A stretch of 64,000 nucleotides of DNA from an uncultured Aliarcobacter sp. (GTDB lineage Bacteria; Campylobacterota; Campylobacteria; Campylobacterales; Arcobacteraceae), in contig CAXXLV010000002.1 of NCBI GenBank assembly GCA_963664305.2, positions 928,001-992,000 on the forward strand. Direction: 5' to 3'. Below, one piece after another: positions 59,108-64,000 of the stretch. The position numbers and the translations under genes were made by a program. Under the pieces are notes generated by a model, which saw nothing but the letters and a program-made list of their open reading frames with translations, had not been told where the DNA came from and made no database searches. Each line of letters starts with the position of its first letter. The stretch's first letter is position 1.

Positions 59108-59986
59108 TTGCCATATATAAAAAAAGAGTTTGAAACAATAAAAGGTAAAAAGATTGAAGATTTTTTAGAAACTTTAAATCTTGATTTAAAACTAACTCTA
59201 TCTTTACTTGAAAAAGGCAAAATAAGTGATGAAAATAACAATCGTTTACAAAAAAATCAAATCTTAAAATCAAACTATATTTATATAACTATTTTTGAAC
59301 CTCTCTCATATGGTTTAAAACCAATATTTGAAACTTTTCATTTTGCTATTTTTGATAAACCAAGTGGAGTAACTGTTCATCCTTTAACTCATCAACTAAA
59401 CCTATATACTCTTTTAGATGAAATTAGATTTTATTTAGGAGAAAAAGCTTCTTTAGTTCATAGAATTGATACAGAAACATCTGGATTAGTTTTAGTTGCT
59501 AAAAATGCTTTTAGTGATATGTTTTTAAAAGCTATGTTTGAAGAAAAAGAGTATATAAAAAAATATAAAGCTATTGTTTTTGGAAAAATAGATAAAGCTA
59601 TAAAAATAGACACACCTATTACAAATAATGATGGAATTATAAAACTAAAAATGAAAACTCATCCAAACGGTAAAAACTCAACAACTTTGATAACGCCTAT
59701 ATCTTATGATGAAAATAAAAATCAAACTTTAGTTGAGGCTATCCCACTAACAGGAAGACAACATCAAATAAGAGTTCATTTAGACTCTATTGGTCACTCT
59801 ATAATTGGAGATACACTTTATGGAGTTGATATAGATTTTGCAAATGATTTTTTAAATAAAAGAGTTTCAGCTGAAAAAAGAGAAGAAGGTACAAAGGCTA
59901 AAAGATTGATGTTACAAGCAGATTATTTAGAGTTTAAATTTTTAGATACGATTTATAAATTTTCTTCAAAACAAAAGTTTGAGTAG
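59108..59986 (+). CDS. RluA-family pseudouridine synthase
   Basis: Start moved to TTG 59108 (AGGAG RBS); DKPSG..HP; HRIDTETSG; TGRQHQIRVH; GDTLYG. Confidence 0.93.
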   Translation: MPYIKKEFETIKGKKIEDFLETLNLDLKLTLSLLEKGKISDENNNRLQKNQILKSNYIYITIFEPLSYGLKPIFETFHFAIFDKPSGVTVHPLTHQLNLYTLLDEIRFYLGEKASLVHRIDTETSGLVLVAKNAFSDMFLKAMFEEKEYIKKYKAIVFGKIDKAIKIDTPITNNDGIIKLKMKTHPNGKNSTTLITPISYDENKNQTLVEAIPLTGRQHQIRVHLDSIGHSIIGDTLYGVDIDFANDFLNKRVSAEKREEGTKAKRLMLQADYLEFKFLDTIYKFSSKQKFE

Positions 59987-60010
59987 CCCAATCAAAAGAT
60001 TGGAACTACT
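59982..60010. terminator. Terminator-like hairpin between convergent genes
   Basis: agtag..ccaatc-aaaa-gattgg..ctact. Confidence 0.55.
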
Positions 60011-60012
60011 AA

Positions 60013-61170
60013 CTATTTTGCAAGTTTGTCAACCCACGCACTTATAGGTTTAACAATTTTTTGTAATAGGATACTTAAGATTATAAATGAAATCATCCAA
60101 GCAATTACTGCTGCCCAAGATGGTAAGAAGTCAAAAAACACATCATATCTTCCAATTAATGGCCAGTGAATTAAATAAACTTCAAATGAATAAATTCCAT
60201 AAATTGCTAAAAACTTATTATCAAATTTTTTCAATGAGAATATAATCATCAATGCAAGCATAATAACTATTGAAGTAAATTGGTCAACATAGAAACCTTG
60301 TCCTAAAATAGAAGTCAATGTTGGCCAATGATTTGCTGTTGTATGTAAAGACATATATACAACAAGAACTATCATAGCTAATATGATAATACATCTGAAT
60401 ATGTTTGAATTATTTCTAAACTCTTTAATAGAAGTTACTAGTTTATTTTCTTTATCTTTACTCTCTTGTAAAAGCCAAGCTAAAATAATACCAATAGAAA
60501 ATGCAACTGTATGAAGTCTATGAAGCCAGTTATCCCCTAAATTTAAAGGATTGTATGTTCCAATAAGTGTTGCAATTACTGCTAAAACTATAGCTGTTAA
60601 CCAAGGTCTTTTTGCACTAAAAAAGATTGGATATAAAATATAAAACATTAACATCCAAGTAATATACCAAAAAGGTGAGTTTACGTCACCAAATCCAACA
60701 GCCGTTGGGAACCAACCAAATACAGATTGAATCATATATGGAAGGGGATAAGTTATACCTAAAAAGATTGCATCAGCTGCAAAAATAATGATTAAAGCAA
60801 CCCAAAATGGAATAAATATCTTAATTACTCTTCTTTTGTAAAAATCTAAAGTACTCATCGGTTTTTTTAACATACTAACTGTTAAACCATAACCAGACAT
60901 AACCAAGAATAAATCTACTCCAACTCCAGCAATTATCGATAAAGGGAAAAGAAAATCAGGATTTGTAACTTTCATATATGCAAAGTGAGCAAATACAACT
61001 GTTAAAATACCAAAACCTTTTAACTCTTCAGTTACAGGAATTGGAAATATATCTGTTCTTTGAGATTTTCTAAATGTTAGTAATAAAACTACTAACAAAA
61101 CAGCAATAACGATATTTGTTGATAATCCTACATTATCAGTCAAAGTAATAGGCGACAACGTGTTTGGCAT
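60013..61170 (-). CDS. Acyltransferase family 3 (OafA-like) membrane protein
   Basis: LKGFGILTVVFAH; GVDLFLVMSGYG; FYKRR; WYI; YSFEVYLIH. Confidence 0.88.
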   Translation of the reverse strand: MPNTLSPITLTDNVGLSTNIVIAVLLVVLLLTFRKSQRTDIFPIPVTEELKGFGILTVVFAHFAYMKVTNPDFLFPLSIIAGVGVDLFLVMSGYGLTVSMLKKPMSTLDFYKRRVIKIFIPFWVALIIIFAADAIFLGITYPLPYMIQSVFGWFPTAVGFGDVNSPFWYITWMLMFYILYPIFFSAKRPWLTAIVLAVIATLIGTYNPLNLGDNWLHRLHTVAFSIGIILAWLLQESKDKENKLVTSIKEFRNNSNIFRCIIILAMIVLVVYMSLHTTANHWPTLTSILGQGFYVDQFTSIVIMLALMIIFSLKKFDNKFLAIYGIYSFEVYLIHWPLIGRYDVFFDFLPSWAAVIAWMISFIILSILLQKIVKPISAWVDKLAK

Positions 61171-61333
61171 TCAAGCTCCAAAAGTTAAGATATCATTAAA
61201 ACAATCCTCTATTTCCTTGTAAAATAAAGAATTAATTCTTCAGTGGTCAATATAATATCTTAAAATCTTTTATTAACTACTTATATAAAAATCATTTATT
61301 TAATTATAAAATACCTATAAATCGGTCTTTATT

Positions 61334-61765
61334 CTAATTCACTTCTAATTTTTTTTTGTGTAGTGTAAGCTTTGATGTTTTTAAATGTCCAGTTAAATCG
61401 CTATCCATATTCAACAAATGATAATGGAACCAATAAGGCAATTTTTCTAAATAAAATGATTTTAATATATTCATTCCAAATACACTTGCAGATTTATCAA
61501 TAAAAAACTCTAACTCTGCAATTAATTTATTATGCTCATTTTTGTGTTCCCTAACTCTTGGATATTTAGCTCTATCCATAAGTTTTTCTTCTTTCATAAA
61601 ATGATTTTTTGAATGCATAAGTAAAGCCATAGCTTTTGATTTTATACTGTCATTTGAACTTATATCTACACTATTGTAAATATCTATAAATTCCATATGT
61701 AAATTGTCCATAACTTCGTAATTTAAAAGATGATTTTCTTTTTTTATTAACTTTAACTCCTTCAT
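61334..61765 (-). CDS. Bacteriohemerythrin
   Basis: Complete ligand set: DNLH, HFMKEE, HKNEH, HLLNMD. Confidence 0.92.
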   Translation of the reverse strand: MKELKLIKKENHLLNYEVMDNLHMEFIDIYNSVDISSNDSIKSKAMALLMHSKNHFMKEEKLMDRAKYPRVREHKNEHNKLIAELEFFIDKSASVFGMNILKSFYLEKLPYWFHYHLLNMDSDLTGHLKTSKLTLHKKKLEVN

Positions 61766-61795
61766 TGTAATCCCCCTCCTATTTTGGAATTACAA

Positions 61796-61811
61796 TGCAA
61801 TTGGTATTCCA
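61796..61811 (-). promoter_or_regulatory. Sigma54-like -24/-12 element upstream of hemerythrin
   Basis: TGGAATACCAATTGCA (GG-N10-GC). Confidence 0.6.
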
Positions 61812-61816
61812 TAAAG

Positions 61817-63112
61817 TTATTTTTTTCTTGAATAGACCCAAGAAAAGAAAGTTAAAACTACATAAAGAAACACTATAAAAAACATTTGTTTTATTTCAAC
61901 TTGAAATTCATAATAAATTATCAATAAAGTACTAATTGATAATAAAATAATAGAAAGTATAGTTACAAAAGTTGACGATTTTGTTTTTTTTCGTATTTTA
62001 TAGTTTGCAATTGCCATAAGTAAAGAGACTATCAAAAAAGTTATACTACCAAACTCTAATATCAATTTTAAAGAACCACTTAATATCAAAATAAATGCTA
62101 AAACGGACATCATTATTATTGAATTTTTGGGAATATTATATTTATCTCTTTTTTCTAAGAATTTTGGGAAAAATCCATCTTTTGCTACAATTGACATTTG
62201 TCTTGACGCACCAAAAAGTGTCCCACTTATTGCACTACTTGTTGCAAGTAAAGCACCAACAATTACCAAATCATTTCCAAAATGTCCTAAAACTTTGTTT
62301 GCTCCTGATGCTAAAGCATACTCTTTATTTGCAATAATATCATCAAAAGAAATTGCTAAAATTGCCCCTAATGAAATAACTACATAAAGTAAAATTGCTA
62401 AAGCTATTGCACTATAAATTGCAAGAGGAATATTTTTTTTGGGATTATCCATTTCATTTACAGCATTTATAACCAATTGAAATCCCTCATAAGCAACAAA
62501 AGTGATTGAAGCTACGATTAAAATTGCTGAAAATTCTACATCTTTATTTTCATTTAATAATATTGGAATTGTTGTATTACTATTATTTATTAAAACAAAA
62601 GATATAACAATAAGAATAATTAGTTTTGTATAAACCATCAAATCTTCAATTTTTCCCATACCTTTTACACTCCAAAGGTTTATCACTGTAAAAACTAAGA
62701 TTACAAAACCAGCAACTAATTTTCTAATCATTTCATTATTTTCATAGGAAAAACTACTAAGAGCATAAGAAGAAAATGTATAAGAGTATAAAGATAAAGT
62801 ACTTATATATCCAAAAATTACCCACCATCCAATCAAAGATATTGCAAACTTTGAACTTGGAAATGTTCTTTTGAAAAAAGAATAAGTTGCTCCCTCATCT
62901 TTATAATAAACTCCTAATTTTATATATGAATATGCTGCAAATGATGCAACTATTCCACCTAAAATAATTGCAATAGGAGTATAAACACCTATCATTGATA
63001 CAGAAATTCCTAAAATTGTAAAAATTCCTCCACCAACCATTCCACCAAGTGCAATTGCTATTAATTCTAATATACCTAAAGATTTTCCTCTATTTCTATG
63101 AATTACATCCAT
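61817..63112 (-). CDS. APC-family amino acid permease
   Basis: Start ATG 63112; GGMVGGGIF; FVAYEGF; about 12 TMs. Confidence 0.9.
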   Translation of the reverse strand: MDVIHRNRGKSLGILELIAIALGGMVGGGIFTILGISVSMIGVYTPIAIILGGIVASFAAYSYIKLGVYYKDEGATYSFFKRTFPSSKFAISLIGWWVIFGYISTLSLYSYTFSSYALSSFSYENNEMIRKLVAGFVILVFTVINLWSVKGMGKIEDLMVYTKLIILIVISFVLINNSNTTIPILLNENKDVEFSAILIVASITFVAYEGFQLVINAVNEMDNPKKNIPLAIYSAIALAILLYVVISLGAILAISFDDIIANKEYALASGANKVLGHFGNDLVIVGALLATSSAISGTLFGASRQMSIVAKDGFFPKFLEKRDKYNIPKNSIIMMSVLAFILILSGSLKLILEFGSITFLIVSLLMAIANYKIRKKTKSSTFVTILSIILLSISTLLIIYYEFQVEIKQMFFIVFLYVVLTFFSWVYSRKK

Positions 63113-63192
63113 AGTTCCCCTTATAAAAACAAAATTGAAGTTGAGATAGTATAACACTAATATTTTAAGAAATTTTAAAAAGGATTTATTTA

Positions 63193-63888
63193 TTGAAATT
63201 TGAAACACTTATAAATGGAAAACTAATAAAAAGATATAAAAGATTTTTAGCTGATATTATTTTAGAAAATGGTGAAACAATAACTGCTCATGTACCAAAT
63301 AGTGGTGCTATGACTAGCTGTATAGAAGAAAATTGTGATGTTTGGGTAAGTTTTCATGATGACCCTAAAAGAAAATTGAAATATACATTAGAACTCACAA
63401 AAATGGGTGAAAATCTAATTTGTACAAATACAAGTGTTGCAAATAAAATCGCAATTGAAGCAATAAAAAATGGAACTATCAAGGAACTTCAAGATTATAA
63501 TTCTTTAAAACCAGAACAGAAATATGGTCAAAATAGTAGAATTGATATTTTACTAGAAAATGAAAAGCAAAAATGTTATGTAGAAGTAAAAAGTGTAAGT
63601 TTAAAAATAGACAATCATTTAGCCTTTCCTGATGCTGTAACTTCAAGAGGAACAAAACATCTAAAAGAACTTGAAGATATGGTAAAAAGTGGTCATAGAG
63701 CTGTTATGTTGTATATCATTCAAAGAGATGATGAATTGCCTTTTAGATTAGCTTGTGAGGTTGATAAAAAATATTGTGAAACTTTTAAAGAAGTGGCTAA
63801 AAATGGGGTTGAAATTTTAGTTTATCAATCGTCTATAAATCTTGAAGAAATTTTCGTAAAAAAAGCTTCAAATCTATCTTCATTTTGA
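63193..63888 (+). CDS. sfsA: DNA/RNA nuclease SfsA
   Basis: KRYKRFLAD; HVPNSG; SRIDILL; YVEVKSV; FPDAVTSRGTKHL. Confidence 0.96.
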   Translation: MKFETLINGKLIKRYKRFLADIILENGETITAHVPNSGAMTSCIEENCDVWVSFHDDPKRKLKYTLELTKMGENLICTNTSVANKIAIEAIKNGTIKELQDYNSLKPEQKYGQNSRIDILLENEKQKCYVEVKSVSLKIDNHLAFPDAVTSRGTKHLKELEDMVKSGHRAVMLYIIQRDDELPFRLACEVDKKYCETFKEVAKNGVEILVYQSSINLEEIFVKKASNLSSF

Positions 63889-63919
63889 TACAATTGCAAA
63901 AAATTTTATTAGGATTATA

Positions 63920-64000
63920 TTGAACTTAAAACAGATAAGCATTGCCATATATGCTACATACTTAACAAACAAATATGGCTTTAAATTAAAAAGAGCAAAA
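63920..64000 (+). CDS. 5' end of a gene running off the window
   Basis: AGGA RBS, then TTG; open to the edge: MNLKQISIAIYATYLTNKYGFKLKRAK. Confidence 0.6.
   Translation, partial: MNLKQISIAIYATYLTNKYGFKLKRAK

Noticed and set aside
1737..62387. Many 60-137 aa antisense or alternate-frame ORFs in the track (e.g. 1737-2126, 8388-8663, 18059-18370, 19247-19660, 21290-21613, 30516-30839, 62095-62387)
   Set aside because: Nested in well-supported genes, with no RBS or motifs and composition typical of shadow frames
1..64000. CRISPR arrays, tRNA/rRNA genes, IS elements, prophage, long poly-G phase-variation tracts
   Set aside because: None seen on manual reading; intergenic spaces are short and AT-rich. 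A covariance-model scan would be needed to exclude small ncRNAs

Overview
Very AT-rich chromosomal window from a Campylobacterota bacterium, most likely Arcobacter/Aliarcobacter. This is inferred from the conserved tatD-mltD-rlpA-hisB-kdsC-lptC-lptA-engB, rplI-hslV-hslU and ubiX-coaD-tmk-hisS-speA-cysE blocks, AAGGA ribosome-binding sites (RBS) and frequent TTG starts. It holds about 60 CDS. I saw no rRNA, tRNA, CRISPR array, IS element or prophage. Most notable: (1) both CNNM/CorB-type (DUF21-CBS) metal transporter paralogs are preceded by an unannotated 19-21 aa leader ORF with its own strong RBS, GC-rich codons and a hairpin, overlapping the transporter start (candidate mgtL-like Mg2+-sensing control); (2) a five-gene operon (MoxR-like AAA ATPase, VWA/pseudo-metallopeptidase, unknown, nitrogenase-associated-type ArsC protein, unknown) sits behind a sigma54-like -24/-12 element, and a second such element precedes a hemerythrin whose start codon lies in a hairpin; (3) several intact but catalytically eroded proteins (aconitase, serine resolvase, receiver domain); (4) a cleanly split RND permease divergent from an exported rhodanese; (5) two solo HEPN-motif genes in variable slots; (6) apparent non-canonical ATA/ATC starts and leaderless genes. 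All family calls come from motif recognition by eye; no database search was run.
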